A stretch of 59,440 bases of DNA, counting the filler. It is 4 parts of 4 records of this genome, joined end to end, with 100 filler letters (N's around TTAATTAATTAA, not from the genome) between each part and the next. Parts side by side here need not be neighbours in the genome. Positions count along the whole stretch, not along the records: positions 18,655 to 24,866 come from SRR20825019_996; positions 24,967 to 52,465 come from SRR20825019_997; 2 more parts are not named here. One strand, given 5' to 3'. Position 1 is the stretch's first letter. Each line of letters begins with the position of its first letter. The position numbers and the translations under genes are program-made. The notes under the pieces were generated by a model. That model saw nothing but the letters and a program-made list of their open reading frames with translations. It had not been told where the DNA came from and ran no database searches. Shown piece by piece: positions 18,760 to 28,600 of the stretch.

Positions 18760-19935
18760 TTACTCTTTACGCCACCTTTTTGTTATTTCAAAAACATGAT
18801 TTAAAATAGCTTCCTCTTCAGCATTAAACTCATAACCCCGACGCTCCATCATTGCTTTTGCGGTAGCATATGCCTTTTTGGGCTGGTAAGTTGTAAAACC
18901 ACCTGTTCCACCCCATTGAAAACTTGGAATAAAATTTCGTTGGTAACCACTTCCAAAAATATTTGCGCTTACCCCTACCACTGTTCCTGTATTAAACATT
19001 GTATTGATTCCACACTTGCTATGATCTCCCATCATAAGTCCGCAAAACTGCAGACCTGTTTTTGCAAAATTTTCGGTTTCATAATTCCATAAACGCACTG
19101 GTGAATAATCATTCTTAAGATTAGAGCTATTAGTATCTGCACCAATATTACACCATTCGCCTAAAACAGAATTTCCAAGAAAACCTTCGTGCCCTTTATT
19201 AGAGTTAGCAAAAAGCACCGAATTATTTACCTCTCCTCCTATTTTACAACCAGGACCAATAGTAGTTGGTCCGTATATTTTGGCGCCCATTTTTACAATA
19301 GCATTTTCCCCAAGTGAAAATCCACCACGGATAATACTGCCTTCCATTACTAAAGAGTTTTTCCCTAAATAAATAGGCCCATTAGTAGCATTAAGCGTAC
19401 AGAATTCGACAGAAACCCCTTCTTCTAAAAATATATTTTCAGCAGCTATAACATTGTTACTACTAGGAATTGGCTGACTAGCTCTATCTGAAGTTATTAA
19501 ATTAAAATCGGCTTCTATAGCTTCTCCATTTTTTGAAAAAATATCCCATGTATTTTGAACTTGAATACATTCTCCCTCATATTCAATAGCCTCGTATTTA
19601 GACAAATCCACCTCTTCTTGAGCTTCTGTTGTGTAAAAAGCAATAACCTCTTCTCCTAAAAATATAGCTTGATTATTCTCTAAGTTTTTAACTAACTCGA
19701 TTAAATCTTCATTTGGTAAAAAAGACGAATTAATAAGAATATTTTGTTCCATTTCTACCATTGGAAATTTTTCAGCTAAATAATCTTCTGTAATTGTAGT
19801 GGTAGTGTAACCCAAAAATCTCTCCCATTTTTCACGGATAGTAAGTATTCCTATTCTAATATCAGCAACAGGACGAGTATATGTAAAAGGCAACAAGGCG
19901 TTGCGCGAAGGACCATCAAAAAGAATATAGTTCAT
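18760..19935 (-). CDS. GlmU-family sugar-nucleotidyltransferase-like protein (Bacteroidota type) with hexapeptide repeats
   Basis: LLPFTYTRPVADIRIGILTIREKW N-terminus and left-handed beta-helix repeats (GPIYLGKN, GPGCKIGGEV, NKGHEGFLGNSVLGEWCNIGA). Confidence 0.85.
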   Translation of the reverse strand: MNYILFDGPSRNALLPFTYTRPVADIRIGILTIREKWERFLGYTTTTITEDYLAEKFPMVEMEQNILINSSFLPNEDLIELVKNLENNQAIFLGEEVIAFYTTEAQEEVDLSKYEAIEYEGECIQVQNTWDIFSKNGEAIEADFNLITSDRASQPIPSSNNVIAAENIFLEEGVSVEFCTLNATNGPIYLGKNSLVMEGSIIRGGFSLGENAIVKMGAKIYGPTTIGPGCKIGGEVNNSVLFANSNKGHEGFLGNSVLGEWCNIGADTNSSNLKNDYSPVRLWNYETENFAKTGLQFCGLMMGDHSKCGINTMFNTGTVVGVSANIFGSGYQRNFIPSFQWGGTGGFTTYQPKKAYATAKAMMERRGYEFNAEEEAILNHVFEITKRWRKE

Positions 19936-19957
19936 GGTAAATAATTTTAAAATATAT

Positions 19958-20815
19958 TTATTTCAATTCAATTAATACAACTCCATTACTCCCATTATAT
20001 CCATATATAGCAGTCGAATTGTTGTTTGGCTTTAGAATTTCAAATTTAGCAATTTGCTTGTTCGTGTATTTATTTAAATCTGAAATCTTAGCTGTTTCTT
20101 TATCTACAAGTATTAATGGAAAATTCCAATGATCGGTTTTGTCAGTAATATTTAACTCCCTTCTCATCCTCTTCCCGACTCTATAGTAAAAATCTGTTTT
20201 GGATACGTCTTTATCTAAAAATCTATCAATCCGAATACTTGTCATTCCCCACCGATAACTTCCAGAAGATAAAGAGTTTAAAAACTCACTCTTTAAATTT
20301 CCTGTGTCAACAGTTTTATCAAGCATGCCAAGAATTTGAACAACCGTTTTACAGTCGTCACTTCTTTCTGAATTTGGCGACCAAAAACTAACTATCTTAT
20401 AACTATTTTTTGTTGAAATTTCAATGAATACAAAACCCCCATCAACCCCTCTATAATCTTCATTTTTAAGATTCATTACTCTTGAAACTAACAAGGAATC
20501 CATTATATTCTTAGAAATTTGCTCTGATATTTTAAACGTCTTAAATACTAATTTTTCATTAGTAGTGTAGATTTTGTAATTAGAAAAAGTAGCGTTATTA
20601 TAATTTATAGTAAAGACTTCGTGAGTTTGCCAAATCCTAATATTCAAAGAATCTGTTGATGTCCTTAAATCTTTCAAATCGAGTTCCCTTATTTTTTTTG
20701 GTAAAGTTTTAATAAAACTTTCCACTACTCGAGTTTTTGGTATATCCAACCGTTTCTGTCCAAATGTTGGATGCAAAATAAAAATCAGACCAAACAGTAT
20801 CAATATCTGTTTCAT
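19958..20815 (-). CDS. Hypothetical exported protein with a C-terminal TonB-receptor plug-like motif
   Basis: Signal peptide MKQILILFGLIFILHPTFGQ. The C-terminus PLILVD...EILK...TAIYGYNGSNGVVLIELK resembles the SusC plug motif. Confidence 0.7.
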   Translation of the reverse strand: MKQILILFGLIFILHPTFGQKRLDIPKTRVVESFIKTLPKKIRELDLKDLRTSTDSLNIRIWQTHEVFTINYNNATFSNYKIYTTNEKLVFKTFKISEQISKNIMDSLLVSRVMNLKNEDYRGVDGGFVFIEISTKNSYKIVSFWSPNSERSDDCKTVVQILGMLDKTVDTGNLKSEFLNSLSSGSYRWGMTSIRIDRFLDKDVSKTDFYYRVGKRMRRELNITDKTDHWNFPLILVDKETAKISDLNKYTNKQIAKFEILKPNNNSTAIYGYNGSNGVVLIELK

Positions 20816-20916
20816 ATTAACAGTATGTTAGCATTCCACACAATAAAGGAATAAAGATAGTTTAATGAATGTTATTTAAAAAAGAGATTACAGTTAAAAA
20901 AAACTGTATTAAAAAC

Positions 20917-20945
20917 AAAAAAACCTCTGAAAAAATCAGAGGTTT
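20917..20945 (-). terminator. Intrinsic terminator after the L31 gene
   Basis: Inverted repeat AAACCTCTGA-AAAAA-TCAGAGGTTT with an A-run on the left, giving a U-tract on the minus strand. Confidence 0.75.
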
Positions 20946-20966
20946 CTGTATACGTATAAAAGTTCT

Positions 20967-21218
20967 TTATTTTTTGAACTTTGAATATTTGTTTTTGAAC
21001 TTATCAATACGTCCTGCCGTATCAATTAGTTTAGACTTACCAGTATAGTAAGGGTGCGATGATCTAGAAATCTCCAATTTAATCACAGGATATTCAACAC
21101 CATCAACCTCTATAGTCTCTTTTGTTTCTGCTGTAGATTTAGTAATAAAAACGTCATCGTTAGACATGTCTTTAAATGCAACTAATCTATAATTTTCTGG
21201 ATGTATACCTTTTCTCAT
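20967..21218 (-). CDS. rpmE: 50S ribosomal protein L31, type B (Cys-less, Zn-independent)
   Basis: MRKGIHPENYR...EISRSSHPYYTGK...DTAGRIDKF with no cysteines. Confidence 0.96.
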   Translation of the reverse strand: MRKGIHPENYRLVAFKDMSNDDVFITKSTAETKETIEVDGVEYPVIKLEISRSSHPYYTGKSKLIDTAGRIDKFKNKYSKFKK

Positions 21219-21255
21219 CGCTATATATTTTAAACTTCACAATTTTTTCGAGGTG

Positions 21256-21263
21256 CAAATTTA
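21256..21263 (-). promoter_or_regulatory. Bacteroidota -7 promoter element upstream of rpmE
   Basis: TAAATTTG on the minus strand matches TAnnTTTG. Similar elements TATCTTTG (21918-21925) and TATATTTG (22942-22949) precede the GT2 and mutase genes. Confidence 0.65.
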
Positions 21264-21391
21264 TCAATTTATTTTAGATAACCAATACTTTTTACTCAAA
21301 AATTGTAAGTATTTTTTTTTATTTCTATTTTATGTAACAAATATACAAGAATATCTACTAATTTTATATAAAACTATTCAACTATAAAAAA

Positions 21392-21913
21392 ATGGAAAAC
21401 ACACAACCAACAACAGGGAAATTTGCAATAAGGTTTGGTCTTATTCTTGGTGGTATTGGAATTATTTTTAGCCTAATGCTTCACTTTATGGATATGCAAT
21501 ATGACCAAGGAATGGGGAAACAAATAGTTTCTACTGTTTTCTTAGTCGCTATTATTGCTCTAGCAATTTTTCAATTTAAAAAAGCAAACGGAGGTTATTT
21601 AACCCTTGGTGAAGCTTTGAAAACTGGTATCGGAACTGCTCTTATAGGTGCAGTTATTACAGTTATATATCTATTATTATATGTAAATGTTATCGACCCC
21701 GATTTTAGCACGAAAATAGCAGATATAGCTAGAGCAGGAATGATTGAAAACAATCCTGAATTAACTCAAGAACAAATCGATACTGCGGTAGAAATGCAAC
21801 AGAAGTTTTTCTGGGTAACCTATCCTATTATTTTCATCTTTAATATTTTTATTGGATTTATTGTTTCTTTAATAACAGGACTTATCTTGAAAAAATCTGA
21901 AAATGAAATGTAA
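21392..21913 (+). CDS. DUF4199 family membrane protein
   Basis: Four hydrophobic helices; FKKANGGYLTLGEALKTG and YVNVIDPDF motifs; position upstream of a GT2 gene. Confidence 0.8.
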   Translation: MENTQPTTGKFAIRFGLILGGIGIIFSLMLHFMDMQYDQGMGKQIVSTVFLVAIIALAIFQFKKANGGYLTLGEALKTGIGTALIGAVITVIYLLLYVNVIDPDFSTKIADIARAGMIENNPELTQEQIDTAVEMQQKFFWVTYPIIFIFNIFIGFIVSLITGLILKKSENEM

Positions 21914-21951
21914 TTCATATCTTTGATTTTTATTTTAGATATAAAACATTC

Positions 21952-22926
21952 ATGGATATATCAGTAGTTATACCACTACTCAACGAACAAGAGTCTTTAA
22001 TAGAATTACACGATTGGATTGTAAAAGTTATGCAATCCAATCGTTTTTCTTATGAACTCATTTTTATAGATGATGGGAGTACAGACAATTCTTGGGAAAC
22101 CATTCAAACCCTTTCTGCAAATAACAGTTCTGTAAAAGGGATTCGCTTTTTAAAGAATTTTGGGAAATCACAGGCACTACATGCTGGTTTTGAAATGGCG
22201 CAAGGCGATGTAGTTATTACAATGGACGCAGACCTTCAAGACAATCCTGAAGAAATTCCCGAACTATTCAACCTCATAAAAGATAACAATATCGACTTAG
22301 TTTCTGGATGGAAAAAAGTGCGTTATGACTCGGTTATTTCTAAGAATTTACCTTCAAAACTTTTTAATTGGGCTGCAAGAAAAACCTCCGGGGTTAAGCT
22401 TCACGATTTCAACTGCGGACTAAAAGCATACCGTAAAGCGGTAGTAAAAACAATAGATGTACACGGAGAAATGCATCGGTACATTCCTGTATTAGCAAAA
22501 AATGCAGGCTTTACTAAAATTGAAGAGAAAGTAGTAAAACACCAAGCTAGAAAATATGGAACCACAAAATTTGGAATGGAACGCTTTATAAACGGTTTCC
22601 TAGATTTAATTACCATTTGGTTTATTTCAAAATTTGGAAGACAACCAATGCATCTTTTTGGCGCATTAGGGGTTTTAATGTTTATAATTGGCTTTTGTTT
22701 TGCCATCTATTTAGGTATTGATAAGCTGTTTTTTAGTCCTTATGGAAGACTCATAACACAGCGTCCTCAATTCTATATTTCGCTTACCGCAATGATTATT
22801 GGTACACAACTTTTTATTGCTGGTTTCTTAGGAGAGCTTATTCTTAGAACCAAAAAACAAGAGAAAAGATATAAAATACAACAGACTATTAATTTAGACA
22901 GTTTTAAGGTTGAAATAACATCATAA
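21952..22926 (+). CDS. Glycosyltransferase family 2 (ArnC/DPM-like polyprenyl-phosphate glycosyltransferase)
   Basis: ISVVIPLLNE, IDDGSTD, NFGKSQAL, TMDADLQD, HDFNCGLKAY and two C-terminal TM helices. Confidence 0.92.
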   Translation: MDISVVIPLLNEQESLIELHDWIVKVMQSNRFSYELIFIDDGSTDNSWETIQTLSANNSSVKGIRFLKNFGKSQALHAGFEMAQGDVVITMDADLQDNPEEIPELFNLIKDNNIDLVSGWKKVRYDSVISKNLPSKLFNWAARKTSGVKLHDFNCGLKAYRKAVVKTIDVHGEMHRYIPVLAKNAGFTKIEEKVVKHQARKYGTTKFGMERFINGFLDLITIWFISKFGRQPMHLFGALGVLMFIIGFCFAIYLGIDKLFFSPYGRLITQRPQFYISLTAMIIGTQLFIAGFLGELILRTKKQEKRYKIQQTINLDSFKVEITS

Positions 22927-22965
22927 TTTCATACCTTAAAATATATTTGAAAAAATTAGCCAAAA

Positions 22966-24684
22966 ATGATATCAGAAGAAAATTTAAACAACGCAAAAAC
23001 TTGGTTAACCAACTTCTTTGATGCGGACACAAGAAAAGAGGTTCAAAAACTTATCGATTTAAATTCTGAAGAATTAAACGAAAGTTTCTACAAAAACTTG
23101 GAGTTTGGTACTGGAGGAATGCGAGGGACTATGGGGGTTGGAACAAATCGTATTAATAAATATACTCTCGGAAAGAATACGCAAGGACTTAGTAATTATT
23201 TAAAAAAGTCGTTTCCAAATGAAGAACTAAAAGTTGTTATAGCTTATGATTGTCGCCATAACAGCGATACATTAGCCAAAGTAGTTGCCGATGTTTTTTC
23301 TGCTAACGGAATAAAAGTTTATCTTTTTTCTGAACTCCGTACCACTCCAGAATTATCATTTTCGGTAAGACATTTAGGTTGCCAATGCGGAATTGTTTTA
23401 ACTGCCTCTCATAATCCCCCAGAATATAATGGTTACAAAGTATACTGGAAGGATGGCGGACAAATAGTTCCACCTGAAGACCATGAAATTATTAAAGAAA
23501 TTGAAAGCCTATCTTTTGAGGCTATCAATTTTAATGCTGACGAAAATAAAATTGAATACATAGACAAAGAAGTAGACGAAGCTTTTATAAACGCCTCTGT
23601 TGAAAACGGAAGTTTTGGAGCCAAAGGGAAAGATGATTTCTCTATTGTTTTTACATCGCTACACGGAACTTCTATTACTGTGCTTCCTGAGGTTTTAAAA
23701 CGCGCGGGATACAATAATGTGCATATTGTTGAAGAACAAAGGAAACCCGATGGTAATTTCCCTACCGTAAAATCTCCTAATCCAGAAGAGCCAGAAGCCC
23801 TTGCTATGGCCATGAAAAAGGCAGATGAATTAAATGCCGATATGGTTATTGGAACAGATCCAGACAGTGACCGATTAGGAATTGCTGTTAGAGATAACGA
23901 TGGAAAAATGGTGCTTCTAAACGGAAACCAAACGATGGTTTTAATGACTCGCTTCCTTCTTGATAAATGGAAAAAAACCAATCGCATCAACGGTAACCAA
24001 TACATTGCTTCTACAATTGTTTCTACTCCAATGATGAGTGCTTTAGCAAAAGGCTATCAAGTAGATTACAAAGAAGCATTAACAGGTTTTAAATGGATTG
24101 CCAAAATGATGAAAGACTTCCCTATGCAAGAATTTATTGGCGGTGGTGAAGAAAGTTTTGGATTTATGGTAGGAGATTTTGTGAGAGATAAAGATGCTGT
24201 TACCTCTTCCCTACTTGCGTGCGAAATTGCGGCAGATGCAAAAGCAAAAGGGAGTTCGTTCTATAAAGATTTATTAAAGTGTTATGAAGAGTTTGGTCTT
24301 TATAGAGAAAAATTGATTTCTCTAACCAAAAAAGGAATCTCAGGAGCGGATGAAATCAAACAAATGATGATTGATTTAAGAGAAAATCCTATAAAAGTTA
24401 TTGATGGATCAAAAGTACTATACGTAGAAGACTATTTAAGCTCTATCCGTCTAAATTTATTAACTGGAGACAAAGAGGAAATAAAAATTCCTTCTTCTAA
24501 TGTGTTAATCTATTATACGGAAGACGGCACTAAAATTGCTGCTAGACCGAGTGGGACTGAACCAAAAATAAAATTCTATTTCAGCACAAAAGGAACGCTC
24601 AAGAATACTGCTGACTATACTGCTGAAGTAAAAAAACTAGATGAAAAAATGGATCGTATTATCAAGGAATTAAAACTGAATTAG
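22966..24684 (+). CDS. Phosphoglucomutase/phosphomannomutase (phospho-sugar mutase)
   Basis: FGTGGMRG, TASHNP catalytic Ser, DPDSDR metal loop, GEES and RPSGTEPKIK. Confidence 0.95.
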   Translation: MISEENLNNAKTWLTNFFDADTRKEVQKLIDLNSEELNESFYKNLEFGTGGMRGTMGVGTNRINKYTLGKNTQGLSNYLKKSFPNEELKVVIAYDCRHNSDTLAKVVADVFSANGIKVYLFSELRTTPELSFSVRHLGCQCGIVLTASHNPPEYNGYKVYWKDGGQIVPPEDHEIIKEIESLSFEAINFNADENKIEYIDKEVDEAFINASVENGSFGAKGKDDFSIVFTSLHGTSITVLPEVLKRAGYNNVHIVEEQRKPDGNFPTVKSPNPEEPEALAMAMKKADELNADMVIGTDPDSDRLGIAVRDNDGKMVLLNGNQTMVLMTRFLLDKWKKTNRINGNQYIASTIVSTPMMSALAKGYQVDYKEALTGFKWIAKMMKDFPMQEFIGGGEESFGFMVGDFVRDKDAVTSSLLACEIAADAKAKGSSFYKDLLKCYEEFGLYREKLISLTKKGISGADEIKQMMIDLRENPIKVIDGSKVLYVEDYLSSIRLNLLTGDKEEIKIPSSNVLIYYTEDGTKIAARPSGTEPKIKFYFSTKGTLKNTADYTAEVKKLDEKMDRIIKELKLN

Positions 24685-24837
24685 GCTTTAGTTAAAAACA
24701 GCGTTGATGGCTAGCGTAGCTAAAACCCTTATCCTCAGAATAGCAACCGAAAGCTCTGAGATTAGGAGTGCAGCGACACAACGTTTCGGTTACGATTTTT
24801 AGACCCCGTTGTCGAAAAAATTTATTGGATAAGGCGT

Positions 24838-24866
24838 CTTTTTCTTTGTTTCGTTTCTTTTGGGCG
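24838..24866. repeat. Probable left arm of a dispersed palindromic intergenic repeat, cut by the contig end
   Basis: CTTTTTCTTTGTTTCGTTTCTTTTGGGCG lies at the assembly break. From memory it resembles bacterial TTTCTTTG..TTTCTTT..CAAAAGAAA palindromic repeats. Confidence 0.4.
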
Positions 24867-24966
24867 NNNNNNNNNNNNNNNNNNNNNNNNNNNNNNNNNN
24901 NNNNNNNNNNTTAATTAATTAANNNNNNNNNNNNNNNNNNNNNNNNNNNNNNNNNNNNNNNNNNNN
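24867..24966. other. Artificial contig spacer
   Basis: N44-TTAATTAATTAA-N44. Confidence 0.98.
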
Positions 24967-24995
24967 CGAGAATCATGCCACTAGACCAAGCGGCC
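24967..24995 (-). tRNA. 5' part of a eukaryotic tRNA-Pro (truncated before the anticodon loop)
   Basis: Minus strand reads GGCCGCT-TG-GTCTAGTGGCATGATTCTCG, matching the eukaryotic tRNA-Pro 5' half (GGnnnnTTGGTCTAGnGGTATGATTCTCGC). An AT-rich TATTAATA lies about 35-40 nt upstream. Confidence 0.72.
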
Positions 24996-25652
24996 AGGAG
25001 AAATTTCATGTTGTAGGGGTACTAATTGTATTAATACCTTACACTCAATCAGTGCCTGGTGGCGACGGTTGTGGGAGATACACGACCCGCCTGTACACCA
25101 TCGGCCCCCACCAGCAAGAGAAGTGTTCAGTTCTCAGTCTGGCGGCCCGCCGCGCCGGGAGCAGGGTGACAGACTGAGCGTGACGCTCGTACAGGCACCA
25201 GGGGCGCCGTGCCGCCCGGCCCGCGGCCCAGCCGGCTGCCCCTGAGGCCGTCGGGGGCCGCCGGGGCGGCGGGGCGGGCCCAGTGGTGAGTGTCAGGCCG
25301 GCTCCCCCGTCACACCCGGCGCCGGGGCCGTCCTCCGCCGGCTCCCCGAGCGCGACACCACGCGGGCCCGGGGGCGCGCCGGGCGGCCGCCGATCACCGT
25401 GGCCCGGGCCGCAACGGCGGGGCATAGACCTGTGCGCCAGCCGCGTGGCTCCGGCCCCGCAGTGGTCGCACCATCCACCGGGTCGCCGACGTAGAGGTGC
25501 GTTATTGGGCATGAGGACAGCCGCCTCATCATCCACCCTGCCTCTTAGAGACATATAATCCTCAGTACACGATTCCACTATCTGCTATTCCTAGGTTTGT
25601 CCAGAGTAAAGATCTATGAATGTCATCTGGAAGCACGGACACGTGATCTAGT

Positions 25653-28600
25653 ATGAGAGACTTGGAGGGAGGGGGGAAACCTAAAAAGGTTTCCAAACAG
25701 AAAAATTCTAAAAACCAGAAGCCTCCGCAAACCCCTACGAAGAAATCTCCCGGCAAGGCTACTGCACAGTCCCCCAAAAATCAAGTGTCAAGTCTGGTAG
25801 AAGCAAACAAGGAAACGCAGAAGACGTCTCCAGTGCCAGTGCCACAACAGAAACCACTGACTGTTGAGAATATACAGCTTCAGAAAGAGCGTGCTCAAGC
25901 TGTTCTGACAAAGCAGGTCTTGGATGGATTGTCCGGTAAAGACGGAAAAGATGTCGTGGAGGCCTTTCTGGAACCATATCCAACCAGGGCATTGGCAGAG
26001 ATATTGTTGCGCGTAGCAGCCGTGGATCCTGGTGCTCTGGTATTGAGAAAGATAAGTTTTGAGTCATTCGTTCGGAGATCAGCGGAGGCTTTCCCTGATA
26101 CGGACTACGGTCTACCCATGGGCCTCCAGCCATGCGCAGATTCCCTGAGTCGGGTTGTGTACTCTATGCCTCGGCCTCACCTTGTCCGCGTGTGTGTATT
26201 GATGGCGCGTGCCGACCCAATGGCAATGAGTATGCGCGGAATACGCGCTGTTGCCGCAGTGCAGCTGCTTGCAGGTCATGTCGCTAGCGGTAGTGGTGAC
26301 GCTGACGAGATCGGGAAATTGTATGAAAGGCCTGAGGAGGAACCTCTTGAAATGCCTATTCTTCCGGTTTCTCCCCCGGTGGCAGGGGGGAATACGGATG
26401 GAGACGTGAGTTCTAGGAGCGGGATTCCAGTGGCAGAAGGAAGCTTGGCGAGTGCGGTTGTGGAGGATCCCAGTTTTCAGGATGAACACACTGAAGCCGC
26501 TTCTATGCTGAGAGCAAATGTTTCGTTGGGGGGCGATGATACAAGCGCGGAGGGGGGGTTTATTCGGCAAACATACGTGGTACCTGGAAAAGCTGTGCGA
26601 AGACAGCTGGTAACCGACGATGCAATAAGCACAAGTCGGCAGCAGCTCATGGATGTGAAAAACCAAGTCAGGAACATCCATGAGACTGTATCTTCCGCCG
26701 CTGAAAAGTATGGAAAGAAATCGTCTAGCTCGAAGCCTGAGCCTATTCACCCGGGGTCAGACCTGGATAGTACACCAGTGAGGGTGCCCCAGCCACCCGC
26801 AAAACCTATGCCAGACAAAGCTGACCGCAAGAAATGGAGGATCGAAGGGAAGCGACGTGTTGCGGACCGACCGCTTCCAGAGGAGCCGACGGTCGTCACT
26901 CCTGCAGATCCAATTCTAGAGCGGCAAGGAAGTATCTTGCTTAAAACATTCCAGTACGGCCTTCAACCAACTCTTGACTTGGCTAATCGGATGGTCGTAA
27001 GGAGTCCGAATGGAGACAATATTCCTATTATCACTGAAGAAGGAGATGAGGTCTTTCCCTTCGACGAAGGACCGCTTTCCGGAATGGGAATTGAAGTGGT
27101 AGAAGAAGGGGACGATGAAAATGACTTGGGAGAGGAGGAGGAGGATGTGGCGGAATCGCAGGATTGCAACCACAGTGGACGGCCCAAAATGAACATTCAG
27201 CGATTGATTATTCCTGAGAGTGGAGACAGTGATTATCGCGAGACGAGTTCTTCTATGACGCGAACGCCGCGGGAAAGGGGGGTGGCCGCCAGTCCGCGTG
27301 TGAAACAAAACCCTCCGCCTCGAGCGCTGGGGACATTCAAGCAAGAAGGAAGCATGTATGCTATGCGAGTTAATGCGCCTTCAGCTGCCTCAATGGACTT
27401 CCGAGGAAGTGGTGAAGTCGGAAGAAAAGCGCCAAATCTGATTAGAAGGAATAGTAGCGGTGGTGCCGCCAGTCCTATTATCCGATCGCCTGTGTCGGAG
27501 GCAGTTGGGGGTTCGGAAGATAGTTACTTCACTCCACACACCAGTCTTCCTCCAAACGTGCCCTCTGAGCCGGTCGATGCAGCTCCCATGGAACCTCGTG
27601 ACCGCACCGAAGAAGAGAAGAGAATTGAACACAAACGTAGCATGCTAGCGTCAGACCCCGCTTTAGATATGCCAAACTCGTTGCAATTGGGATCTACAAT
27701 CCACAAGGCAATGGAAGCCGGATTGTCATCAAATGACTCTATTGCAAGATTCGCGACTCCGAGGAAAAGGACCAATCAGCGCAATCCATTGCTGCTACCA
27801 TCTGTGCCCGTTCCCGAGGTCATTGCGAATTCGACACCATCACCACCCAGGCCACAGGGTCTCCCTCGTAGCGCAAAAAGGAACGGTGAATCACCGCATT
27901 CCCCAAACAAAAATACGGAATCCACTGTGATAGTTGTTGAAGAAGGGACTCGTATTGTCAAGCGCTCGCCTTCTCCTCGCAAGGTTCGCCTCAAGAGACC
28001 GCTGCAAGGTGGTAGCCCTGTAGCAGTGCTGGTCCCCTTGGACGAGAAGGACAATGAGGTTTGCTCTGACGTCATCCATCCACAGATGCCGCCTCCCAAG
28101 ACCCCTGGTGATCATGCGTTCCGACGCCCTATTCCAGAAGAGAGAATGGACAATATTGACGGAGCAAGTACCGATGTTGAGAGTGCAGTGTACGAGAGTT
28201 TCACAAGAGGTGTGGCAAGGAAGTTTGTCTCGGATGTAGATGGCAGCCCCCGCATATTGCTATCTAGAGGAAAAGGCACAATAGGCCTTGAGCTAGACGA
28301 TGTGGAGCCCCCAAGCCCGGCGAAGATTGGCGTTGCAGACCGAGATCCTACTTCGCCAAAATCACCTCAGCAGGTGGCACTGGAAGAGATAGATGGAATA
28401 CTGACCCGAGGGAGAGAGCGCTTGGAGTCTATGCAGAAAATGCTGCAAGAAGTCAAAGCACAAGCCTCTGGAACATCTTTAGGGGAGAGCCCTTCTAAAT
28501 CATCCCTGAGAAACGACCCGAGGAAGTTTACAGTAGAGGAAAGTTCGCCACATCCCGCTCCTAAGCAACCGAAGCCGGCCCTTCATGCTGAGGAAGATGA

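Noticed and set aside
20967-21218. Zn-free L31 as a zinc-starvation paralogue
   Set aside because: Cys-less type-B L31 is the usual form in Bacteroidota, and no Zur-like context is evident.
25045-25578. Pro/Arg/Gly-rich ORFs in the GC islands (also 34060-34404 and 35865-36350)
   Set aside because: They are open in several frames only because stops are rare at high GC, and their composition differs from true exons of this contig.
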